From Marsupella aquatica (taxonomy: Eukaryota > Plantae > Marchantiophyta): 64,000 nt of DNA. Shown piece by piece: positions 1 to 10,895 of this stretch. The stretch's first letter is position 1, and the number at the start of each line of letters is the position of its first letter. A program made the position numbers and the translations under genes. The notes beneath the pieces are model-generated. The model was given only the letters and a program-made list of their open reading frames with translations, had not been told where the DNA came from and searched no databases. Location of the stretch: the NCBI GenBank assembly GCA_973895155.1, contig OZ316893.1:8146963-8210962 (forward strand), in the 5' to 3' direction.

Positions 1-215
1 GAGTTCCCACAGAGAGAGAGAGAGCTCCTCTTCTCAGAATTTCTATCCGCGCGCGCGAGAGATAGAGATCTTTAGAGTTTTTCTCAGACAGAGAAAGAGA
101 TCTTAGAGTTTTTCTCAAACAGGGAGAGAGAGAGAGAAAGAGCTCCTCTTCGCAGCTCTTCTTAGAGATTCTCTCAGAGAGACGGAGCTCTTCTCAGAGT
201 TTCTCTCTGCTCTGT
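1..215 (+). repeat. GA/CT-rich low-complexity region with short imperfect tandem units (gagatcttagagtttttctcag..); probable TSS/5' leader region
   Basis: (GA)n tracts at 11-23 and 124-137 and repeated 'agagtttttctca' units, immediately upstream of the ABCE-like exon at 326. Confidence 0.55.
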
Positions 216-325
216 GTCTTGTCAGCTTGGTCTGTTCGGGGTTGGGTCATTGGGTGAGGAGGAGGGTGGGGGGGGGCAATTGATTTGGCAATCGATATAA
301 GGAGGCACGTTGCGGTGTCGTCAAG

Positions 326-1402
326 ATGTCGAATCGCTTGACCAGGACCGCCATTGCGAGCACGGATCGATGCGAGCCGAAAAATTGCCAACAGGAGTGT
401 GAGAAGAGCTGCCCTGTGGCGAAAACAGGTATGTGGTTTATGTTGGTTTGGTTCAATTTGGTTGGTGTTTTTGTTTGTGCGGGCTTGCCGCGGCGATTTA
501 TGTATGGATCCATCCGGGACGGGGTCGGTGAATGTGTCTGTGAATGTGCTTTGTCTACTCGCTTCTTCATTTCGTTTGATTCGGCCAATTCTATGTGGCA
601 CTGAGTGAGGCACGTACGGTAGCTGCCTGTGGGTGGGCTGGAGTGCTCACGTACGGCGAAGGCATAGTTTTTGTTTGTTTTTTAAAGAGCCGGTTGTCGA
701 TCATAATTTTTCCTGATGTTTTCCCTTCCTCTTTTCTTCCGGTGCTGAAATACCGTGGTTTCTAAGATCATGAGGATTGTAGCTGTAAGAAAGTACCACG
801 ATCCTGTCGTCGTTGTGAGCTCTATGAATCTTGCTATTGCTCCCCGACCATGCACCAAAGTAGGGTGTGTCGGAGGGCATTAATGGGGGCGAAACATTCT
901 TGCTTTGTTTCTATTGTGTCCGTTGTTTCAGAGTGTTGACGTTTCTCTAACGATGCTCTCACTCACAATTTCCGGGGTCAGATAATTTAAATCTCAATGA
1001 GATTCTCATAGCATCAGACCTCGCTGGACGGTTTTTTGGCTGCGCAGGAAAGCTCTGCATTGAAGTCTCTTCTGGTTCTAAAATTGGTTTCATATCAGAG
1101 GAGCTTTTGTATCGGTTGTGGTATTTGCGTCGAGGTAAGAACTTGACACCTAAATCGTGTGTACGCCCCCATTAATGACTCATTAATGGGGGCGAAACTT
1201 TCGTGACTTTTGGCACTTAAGCTTTTAACTTTCGTTGTTTGCAAGTGAATTGTGGCATGTGACAGTTAGTTCAAGGAACGCTGGCTAGTCCTGTCGTCTG
1301 CTGTTCATCTTGGAATCGTGATTTTTGTGAAGAAGCGCTGGTCGTCTCGATTCTTACTTCAGTAGCCTCTCGTTTCTTCGTAACGCAGAAATGTCCATTT
1401 GA
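326..1402 (+). pseudogene. Truncated ABCE/RLI duplicate 1 (exons 326-428, 1048-1134, 1389-~1410); spliced uORF of 67 aa directly upstream of the PPR-SMR gene
   Basis: Exons and introns are colinear with 38007-39060. ATG and splice sites are intact. An extra T in exon 2 (gagcttttgt vs gagctttgt) shifts the frame to TGA at 1400-1402. Homology stops after the KCPFEAI codons. Confidence 0.9.
1164..1194. repeat. Perfect 15-bp inverted repeat cgcccccattaatga-c-tcattaatgggggcg; its right arm duplicates 878-895
   Basis: Read directly; absent from the equivalent intron of the intact ABCE gene (38818-39038). Confidence 0.9.
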
Positions 1403-1621
1403 GGCCATACGCGAGCGGCAGACATACAGGGCAATGCCTGGCCGGCTTGGCTCGGCTCGGCTTGGAGTAGGATTGGAGTGACTACTGTAGTGAACGAGTG
1501 AAGAGGTGAAAAGCCTTCGGAGGAGACACCTAATCTTAAATTTGTGGATATTGCCCAAATTGTGCAGTATTTGGTGGGCTTGTTGGTGGATTGGACAGTG
1601 AACCTAACGTAAGTTAATCAA

Positions 1622-4600
1622 ATGGGTACAACAGCCGAGATGGCGTCTTCCTTTCTCGGTCCGGGTGTCATCGCGAACAGTGAGATGCTGCTCGGAGGCC
1701 GGTTTGGGAAGAAAGGGGAGTGCAGACCTAGCAGCAGTGGCCGGAAGGCTCTGAAAGGGCTCATGCTTGTGGTGGCCAGTGGAGGAGTAGCAGCTGGAGG
1801 TAGAGGAGGAGCTGGGGGACAAGCAGGAGGAGGAGGTGGAGGTGCAGAGGATGGAAGGACGCTGGTGAGTAGCAGCAGGTGGCTATACAGGGGAAACAGT
1901 CTGATTTCACAGACTGTTCTGCAGCCAGTTCCAATTGTTAAAGCGGAAGGACCGTGGAGAAGGGGTCTCCTGGAGCTAATTGGAGACATTTTGTCCGGAG
2001 TCGATGTACAGGCGGTTCTGGAGCCTTGGATTGATGGCCTTTCCGTAGAAGAGTGCAACAAAATCATGGTGGAGGTTGGGAATCGTGACTGGTCTCTAGC
2101 CATGGACGTCTTTAGGTTCCTCAAAGAACGAAGCCCTTACATACAGAAAGCCAGTCTTGGCGCAGGCCACAGGACACCAGTTGCCGACTCTGGAAACGGT
2201 GTAGACGGTGGGTTCAAGGCCAGTGGGTTGTTGAAGGCCTACACTACTCTAGTTGGGGTTCTGAGTCGGAAAGGCAGGCTGACTGAGCTGAGTGTGCTAC
2301 TTCATGAAATCGAGCAAGACGAGGTGGAGCCAGATTTACGATTTTACAACGGAGTGGCTGAGGCGTACTCCAACTTGGGAATGGTGCCCAATGTCTCTGA
2401 AGTGCTCAGTCAAATGGAGAGAAGCGGCCTTCAGCCCGACCATGCTACTTACGAATTGGTGAGTCGGAGAGGTTATTGCGCAAAGTGCTCGGGCTTTTCC
2501 GACTGATTTGATATTTTAGGATCTTTAGGGCAATGCAAGAACCAGGGGTGAGTTATGGAATTACCCCACTGGGGAGTCAGCTTGTAACGTTGCAGTCACC
2601 GGTTTGAATGCTGGTATGGGGACACTTACACATCATATAATTAGCACTGAATATATGTTATTGATCGTGGCGCCGTTGACAATTCCTAAGTAGTTCGAAA
2701 GCCGGCATTGCTAATGGATTTGCATTCTACGTCTTGTCAAGTTTATCTCTAAATGTGATCTAAATGGATTGGCAGATGATCGCAGCCTGCTTGAGGTCCA
2801 AGGTCCCACAGTTAGACGAAGGCCTTAAAGTTTTCAGAACTATGGTCAGGAATAAGTTGGAAGTGGGTGTTAAAACCTACCTCAAGTTGATTGATGCCTG
2901 TGTGGATGCACAAAACCTAAGGGCTGGGGAAGAGGTTTTTACTGCAATGCGCTCGACTGGCCATCAAATCTACAGTAAGGTACAGTCACTGTTGTCTCAT
3001 TACCGACGACATGTCTGACATCGATGCATTGCCTTTAAGTAGAGAAATGAACCCACCGATTCCTTTCGGACAACTAGATAACATTTTAGAAATTCTTCAA
3101 GACTGAAGCCTGTCTATGGTTAGGCAATCCAACTTTCCTCGCACACTGTGGTTAAGGTTAATTTACAGTGTCGGCGGTATTACCACCACTCTTGCTTCAG
3201 CGGTTTCCAATTTTGTTATTTCATCATCTCTACAAGCAATGATTCCAAATTCTAGTTGCAACGCTTAATGAGAAATTCAAGGCCTTCCTGCTCTCTCATA
3301 TAAAATATTAGAAATGCAACGGCTAAGGTTCACCCATTTCCTCCTTTTTTCCACTTTCCAGTCACCATGTCTGTTCACTGATTGTCGTTAACTTCTAATT
3401 ACTTGAAATCAATTTAATGTTAACTTGCCGAACTGGTGTGCAGACTTGGGTGAAGATGATACAGCTGCATGCGAGTGCTGGAGGCTCCAAGAAGGCTGAG
3501 GAGCTCTTTCGAGCCATGAGAGCCAGTGGGGTTCTCCCTACAGCAAGTATTTACGATGCATTGCTCGTGGCATATTGCCGGGCAGGTTGCTTAGATCAAG
3601 CCTTAAGCGTATTTCGTGAATACAAGCTGGTAGGTCCAAGCCGCTCTCTCGCTCGTCGTTGCGTAGGTGTTGAACTGGGCCGTTCATTAGATTTCAGTGT
3701 CAATTTCAGATCAGTTCTTTAGTAGCAATGGTCAAGTTCATGCAGGTTGCCGTTCAGTTCGGCTGTAAATTTCGTCAACATATGCGGAATTTTCTGGACG
3801 TGCTAAGAATGTTCTTACTGCTAGCTGCTAGCCCTTTTCTTGAGTATTTTCGAGGCTAGTGGTCTAGTGTATGTGATGTTAAGGTTTTAATTCTAGGAGG
3901 GTACGACTGAAACCTGGAAATCTTGGTTGCAGGCATCAAAACCATCTTTGATCGCGTACAACTGTCTCATAGATGCGAGTGGAAAATATGGGCGGTATGA
4001 AGAAAGTCTGGCTCTTTACGCTGAGCTGAGTGGGAATGGGTTACGACCAACAACCGTCACGTACACATCACTCATCTGGGCTATGGTTCAAGCAGGTCAA
4101 CATGAAAAGGCTGACAAGCTGTACAAGAAGATGCTGCAAAAAAACCTTGTTCCCAGTGGCCACACAGTTACCGTCATGCTTCAGGCATATACGTCTTGTG
4201 GATGGACAAGGCTTGGACATGAGGTAAGGCGGTCTCCATCCAACTATGACCTTCAGGTGGTGCAGCTATCTTCTTATGTATTCTAGCTTTGTAGTTGTAG
4301 GTAATATACAATGAGGGCATCATTAGGAGTTGTAGGCTCTTCACTATTTCCTTAGGACTGAAAATCCAGCGTGTTTAAGGGCCCATGTTTACCTGCACCG
4401 AGACTAGTGCATTTGTTCACATTCTAGTTGCATGGTGATATCCTTGCAGATCTGCTCGAAACTGAAAGACTATCGAATTGAGACGAATTCTGTCGTGTAT
4501 GGAGCCATGCTAAAATTGTATGTCCAGGGGAGATGGTACAGGGAGGCTGCAAATGTTATGAGAGAGATGGAATCTAGGGGAGCAGAACCGGACGCTGCGG

Positions 4601-5295
4601 GCTACGGGGTGTTGATTGCTGCATTGGGTGAAGTAGGAGAGGAAATTGCACCTTTGGCGAAAGCAATGCAAGTGAGTGATTGGGAACCTTGTAGGATTGC
4701 CTTTTTCCTGGTTTCCGTTCAGTCCAGTCAAGACGACACGTCCGGAGGAGGAAGAGATACAACTTTGGAAAAGGCTTGGTCATTTTTGGAGAACTGGGCC
4801 AGAGTTAAGGATAAAGACGCTAATCGATCATTCTACAATGCCCTGATGGATGCTCTATGGAGACGAGGATTGAGGAGAAGAGCTCAACTAGTGATGCAAA
4901 AGGCCCGTGCTCTTCTGCACTGGTATAATCGCCCTCGGTTTGGAGCCAGTTCTGTATTGGACTTAAGGGGACAGTCTGTAGGAGGTGCACAAGTTGCACT
5001 CTTAGACTGGCTGCAGGAGGCAGCCACAAACTCCGTGGTAAGGGAAGCAGGTCATGCCATGGTAATTTATACAGGAGGTATTGAGATTGGCAACAGTAGA
5101 TCGGTTGCTCTAAAGAAAAGGGGGTTGGGAGCAGTGAAGCAAGCCGTCACTGCCTATTTGGAGGAGCTATGTTCCCCTTTCCACGAAGGACCGGAATTTG
5201 GGGCAGGTAGATTGCATGCAGACTCGGAGCTTGTTATGCAGTGGTTGTCAAATCATGATAGTAAAGATGCTCTACGACTGCGTGATTGTGCATGA
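1622..5295 (+). CDS. P-type pentatricopeptide repeat protein with C-terminal SMR domain (pTAC2/GUN1-like PPR-SMR), likely organelle-targeted; exons ~1622-2458, 2776-2979, 3444-3629, 3933-4223, 4450-5295
   Basis: 35-aa PPR motifs (AYTTLVGVLSRKG, FYNGVAEAYSNLG, IYDALLVAYCRAG, AYNCLIDASGKYG, TYTSLIWAMVQAG). C-terminal FYNALMDALW..., VLDLRGQS...ALLDWL...VIYTGG fits an SMR domain. GT-AG introns keep the frame. S/R/G-rich N-terminus. Confidence 0.9.
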
Positions 5296-8200
5296 CCTTG
5301 GTTTGCAAGTCTCATCTGTGGTGTGCCTGCTGTACTCTTGCTCTTCGTCCGCTTCCAAATTGATCTCGCTATGATTGCCCTCATGAATTTTTCGATGCCA
5401 GTCCTAAGGAAAGCACCGCGTCAAGGGAAATGTCATCGCTCACCAAGATCGTCCTCTATAGTTTTGTAGATCGCCTCTTTTGTCCTGATTTGTTCAAGAG
5501 AGGGTCTCAGCGACAGCTGTCAGTCACAACTACTCATGGAACGACATAACTTGGCGGATAGTCAGGTACTGGCCTGGAAGTCACATACTTGCTAGTGGCA
5601 ACGGATCCTCAGTGAATGATCTTGCCATGCGGCCACTCACGTGAATGTCGAATTGATTGCATTCTGTGAGAGTCGCTCTCAATTCCCACTGATCATAATT
5701 TCACTCCTTTGCTTTTGAGACATGCAGGCCAGGAATGAATGTCCCCACCACGTACCCCAACAGGTAAAGCTTTTCCAACATAGTGGCGTTGTCACTCGAA
5801 ACGATTCAGTTCGTATAAACCTTGTTATTAGTGATCAGCATTCCTCTACTTCACCTTTCGGACTGCTCTTCTGGCCAAAGGACAAACCGCTTACCAAGTC
5901 TTCAACAGAAAGAAGTTTCCAAGCGGGTGTCGAAGTGACCCAAGTGAACGAAATTCCACGTGGCATACTCTGTCTCTTTGCTGGAATTATTCAGGCGGTT
6001 TACCTGAGCTTGACCAGAACAAAAGCCCTGCAAGTCACCGGAGGCATGCTGTGTTCTCACTCCACTCCAAGAGTAGTTACTTGCAAGCAACCTGCTTTAC
6101 TTCAACTGACATGATCAAAGCAATTAAAATATCGTCAAGGAAGAAAAAGATAGTCAAATATTTCATTGAGATAAGAGAATCCATAAAGTGTGTTAGATAA
6201 AGCTGTGTATATTGGCTTACCCAGGCTAAACTAACTCAAGATGACACATAGGTGGCCAGGTGACATGTGGAGACTTGTAATTCGTGCAAGCTACCCCTCT
6301 CCAACCATAATAGTGATAAAGGAAATAAAGGGAACAAAATCCGGCAGCAGCATCTTGGAGACACTAGTCCACACTCCATGTAGGGACTGGATGGGGTGAG
6401 CACCTGGAAATTATAAACCTCATGATGGCATCTGCAACAGTCATCTTGGGTTCTTATAGTTGAGTCACCTATACACAAAATGGAAAGCAACCAGATAAAT
6501 ATATTAGTTTTGGGGGAGGTTAATAATTTTGACAAGTTTGGGGACATTAAAATAAGAAACGGTTTCCCAAAATGAGGAAGGGGCTTAAGGGCCACATCTC
6601 CCTCGCCAAAAATGAGAAAAACAATATGGCTGGTGGGGGCATCCCATAGTGGCATAGTCACTTTTGGGAATTATTGGGCACGCACGCATGCACGCACCCA
6701 CTATACTGTGCAGGTAGGCGAGGCGAGAGACTGCATAGCGCTGGCAGGAGTCGAGCCTGGGACTGGTTGTGCACCATACAGTGGACCGACAGGTGGGATT
6801 CAAGTTGGTGCGCGAGCGAGGGAACCGAAGGAAGGAGAAAAGCGAAGGAGGGAAAGAAAAGCGGGAGACTGACTGCGCATTCTCTCATTGGCGCGAAAAT
6901 TAAAAATACTCGTAATGATTTGAAAAATAGGAGCAAGGTAATTGGCGGAAAACTGTCTGCCAATCGGATTTCTTTGTATTGAAAGGCTGAGGTTAAATCG
7001 ATCTCGATCTCGATCTCATTGTCGCCTGATAAATTCACGGCCCCGCATCGGTGTTATCTGGGAGTGTTATCACGCCCGTGCTATGCTGGTGTTTCACCGT
7101 CTTTCTTGAGACGTACGGATAGTAGTGTGGGATGGGGTACTGGTTTATAGTTCTTGCTTTTGAGAGGGTAGTGTTTCAGGCGTCCTGACAATTGCACATC
7201 CAAATATGACCATATACGATGGCACTCCATATTATGATAAACCAAATAGAATAATTAAATCACTAAGTGTACAAAGTATGTGTGACATTTTGATTTGCAA
7301 TTACCAGAAAGTCTGTTTTAGGGGGTTTTACAGCACCGCTTGGATGGAACACTACTTCCTGTTCAAGATTGAGATCTCATCCCAGTGTTAGTTTATTGAT
7401 GACGGGTGGTTCTTGAGAGTAGAAAAGTTCTAGCAGCTGTTTCAGCTCAGGTTTGCCCATGTCTAGATGGCAGTTGGTGGGTCCCGATAAGTACTGATGT
7501 CTACACTGTTTTGAGTCCAAAGTTTAGACTATCTAGAGAGGTCATCTAACGTTTTGGGAGCTTGGTCTCTCGGATTGTACTGAAAATGGTCCATCCAAGC
7601 TGCTTTTTTTTGGATTTGTCCGTTTGCTTTCCCTTGTCCTTTTTTGGTGTGGTTGCTTTCTTGGAGTTTTTGCATTTATGATTGCATATAGGTCTTGTGT
7701 ATGGGCGAACAAAAACAATTGCAGCAACCACTTTTCTGCACACAAAATTTAGAAAATCCAAGGTTTACACATTGCACATGGTAAAAGTGTTGATCTTTTG
7801 CATCCATTCCCTCATATTCTTATTGAGAAAACCAAAAGAATAGCTACCCAGAGTTTTGGTCTTCAGTGAAAGAAGTCCAGCCTTTTAAGGATAGTGGAAC
7901 AAAATCCTGCTACAATTTACCTTAAATGTCCAAATTTTCTAAGGTAGAAATGAGCAATTCAGACTCTCAACGGGTCCCACTCAGCATGTCTACCCATTGC
8001 ACGGGAATCATGAGGTTTAACCAAGGCCAAGCTCAACTCTGAGGAAGTAACCAGTTGCTTTCACTACACACACACCTCTTGGTGATACTTTTTTCAGCCA
8101 TTTGCATTTGGTTGTAACAAACATTGCATGCTGTTTGAAAACTCCTTAAAATACAAAATGTTCACTTCTCTTGTTCACATTAAGGTCAACTGTCACAACA

Positions 8201-9112
8201 ACATACCTTACAGCCATCTCGGTTTGTGCAGGACTTGTACAAAATATTAAGTAGACTGAGCAGTCAGTGTTTACATAAAAAATGCTAAGAATCTAACTAA
8301 TAATTTGCCATCTAAAGCTATACTCTGAAGCCTATCATCTAGATTACCCTAGACCTTGAATGAGGTGCACACAAGTTTTGGGGTTGGGGACAGATAGAGA
8401 AAGCAACCGTGGGCTTGAGCAAAGCTCGGCATCCAGGCTAGTATTGTTTGAAATTGCATCACACAATTCTTTCAAGGATGATGAATAATTCCAACAACAC
8501 CTGACTAACAAATGTTTTTGGGAGTACTTATGAAACCTCCACAAAATTTTGTGATGCAAATTCTACTAATAAGTACTATGCCATTTTGTTCCATCATCAT
8601 AACATGGCACTGTAACAATTAAACTTAACAGGTGCCAGCTGTGATATTCCAAAAAAATGTGGGAATATATACTAAAATTCATGATTGAAGTGCATGACCT
8701 ATTCCATAAAGTGAACTATAGGCCATAATTTCATTGCAATTTTTTGTTGTTGATATTTAGATCATGCTTGCCAGTAGGGACAGCCGTGGGGAGTCTGAGT
8801 ACGGGGAGCTTGAGTGAAATTAAAATCTATGGTTTCACTCTATTGAATAGATCATGAACCCATTACACTGATGATTTTATGGTCAGGACAAAAATCTTAT
8901 GGGCTACCTATGAAGTTATCTCATATGGATCAGAGGTTTAAGAAGTCACAAACCATACTACCTTGCTTATGCCAGTGCTTTGACACACCCTCATGTCAAT
9001 AATGTAAACAGTTTTTTTTTAAATAAAAAATTAAAAAATGTAAATAGTTATACTCAAGGACACAAATGGTTTTATAGCCAAAATCCTTAGAGGTCACCCT
9101 TGCTTATGGGAG

Positions 9113-9312
9113 TGCTTTGACACCCCCGTTGTGTTGTTCTTTACAATAATGCTTTGACCCCCGTGTTGTGTTGTTCTTTACAATAATAATGCTAGTGTAG
9201 TGCGGCGGGGTGGAATTCCGGATGACGAGAAAAGCAAATTGAAACCTGGGAGTGAGGCAGGCCAATTGAGACCTGGGAGTAAGGCAGGCCAATTGAGACC
9301 TGGGAGTGAGGG
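9113..9312. repeat. Two short tandem arrays upstream of the SNF2 gene: ~37 bp x2 (9113-9189) and 27 bp x3 (aattgagacctgggagtgaggcaggcc, 9237-9312)
   Basis: Direct reading. Confidence 0.8.
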
Positions 9313-9435
9313 CGAAGTCATCATCAGTGAACTGGTGATCTAGTGTAGAGTAGTACTGGACTACTGGAGCCGTCAGCACTCTGGCAGAGGTGCATAATAA
9401 TAATAAGGATCCTTTCTTTCTCTAGACTGGTGGTC

Positions 9436-10895
9436 ACGGGCCCGACGGCCCCCCACTCCCACTCCCGCCCCCGCCCCCGCCCCCCCCTGTCCGACGCATC
9501 TGTCGTCTCCGGCGGTTCTCACGACTCCAAAGCTCCAATTAGTATTATTCGAAGGTAGCTCGAGCCTGAGGAACTCCGCGCTCAGGCTTTCTTTCGCTCA
9601 TTCGCTCTTTTGCTCTTTCGCTCTTTTGCTCTTTCGCTCTTTCGCTCGAAGGAGCCCTCGAGCCCTCGCTCGAGATGGGCTGCGCTGCGCGTCCGCCGAG
9701 GAGAGACCAGAGAGGAGAGCGGAGCTTCTTTCGTCGGAGCGCGGCGAAGCGTTGAGGTGAGTGAGTGGAGGCGGAGGAGCTTACGTTACCTAGCGTTGCG
9801 TTGCCGTGTCTGGACTGGCGTTTGATGACTCGATGACGGAATGAATGAATGAATGAATGAAGGAATGATTGAATGAATGGCCGATTAGGTTGTTTCGAGT
9901 GCCCGCTTTCGGCTTGCTCGAGTTCGAGTTCGAATGCGATTGTGATGGTTGACATGGGGGAGCCAGTTCCAATCTTTGTAAAGCGGGAGCAGGATAGGAG
10001 GAGGAGGCTGTAGTGCTTTGTGCTGTGGTCGGTCAGAACTCCTGCCGCACTGAAGGGGAGGTGGACGGTGCGTTTTTGGTTTAGTTGAGTAAACTGGAGA
10101 TAGGCTCGGTTGGACTGGACTGAAGTGGACTGGATTGGACTGGACTGGTTAGAAGTGCGAGTTTTGATGAGGAGATCGAAGAAGCAGAGGAATCTACCGT
10201 CGTCGGGGTTTCTGCTCATATCGTATTCAGATATTGTTCTAAGCGCCAGTTTGGGAATTAGAGATGCCATTATTCTTTCTGGCGTGCAATCTCTTTGTTC
10301 GAAAGAGGAGTGATTACTCTCCCTGGTTCAGCGGAGAAAGCGTCGAGAAGATGTGTTGGCGGAATCTACTTTTTTCGTGATTATGCGTGATTGATTGTCA
10401 ACATGACCTTACTAACAATTTGATTTTCGGCTCCATTGTTTGTCCACGGTGACAGATGAGTGAGTTCTTCACTCCAAGAAGAAGAAGCAGCTGGAAGAGA
10501 ATGGCGTGGCTGGACGGTGCTGCACATACAGATTGATAGACATCTTTGGCATATGCTGTGACTTAACTTGGAGACGATAAGAGCGGACCGATTGCCTGGC
10601 GGATCCTCAAAATTACGGCATGGTGGAGTATAAGCACCTCTGGTTTTGATAATCCGTCAAGTTCAGCTACTCATGAAAAGTTCGTGGAAGCTCCGAGTTG
10701 AAACATATGATGCAGTTGCTTGATATTTTAGCGTTAGTACTGGAAGGAAATGTATTGGCGCGGGAGAGTGACACATTGTCTTGCGTGGCTATCAGAGCGG
10801 GCCGGAAGCACAAACTTATGATCGTGAAGTCGCAACAGCAGGATACCTGGAGGTCAGGAGGTTAAAATGTAGTGCAGGCTAGTGTAGGAGGATCA
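9436..10895 (+). promoter_or_regulatory. GC-rich promoter and long spliced 5' leader of the SNF2 gene (probable intron ~9757-10455; uORF 10456-10536; GAAT and TGGAC microsatellites)
   Basis: GGGCCC and CCCGCC boxes at 9438-9490; CT-rich tract at 9588-9646; gag|gtgagt donor; acag|ATG acceptor. Confidence 0.55.

Noticed and set aside
326-1622. In-frame ABCE-PPR fusion protein
   Set aside because: Both the shifted frame (TGA 1400-1402) and the original frame (TGA ~1479) stop before the PPR ATG
6698-7128. CACTA...TAGTG pair suggesting a CACTA element
   Set aside because: Inverted match does not extend beyond the first few bases and there is no 3-bp TSD
9545-10270. 241-aa minus-strand ORF
   Set aside because: Antisense to the SNF2 leader and built from microsatellite translations (HSFIHSF, ERAKE); no domain
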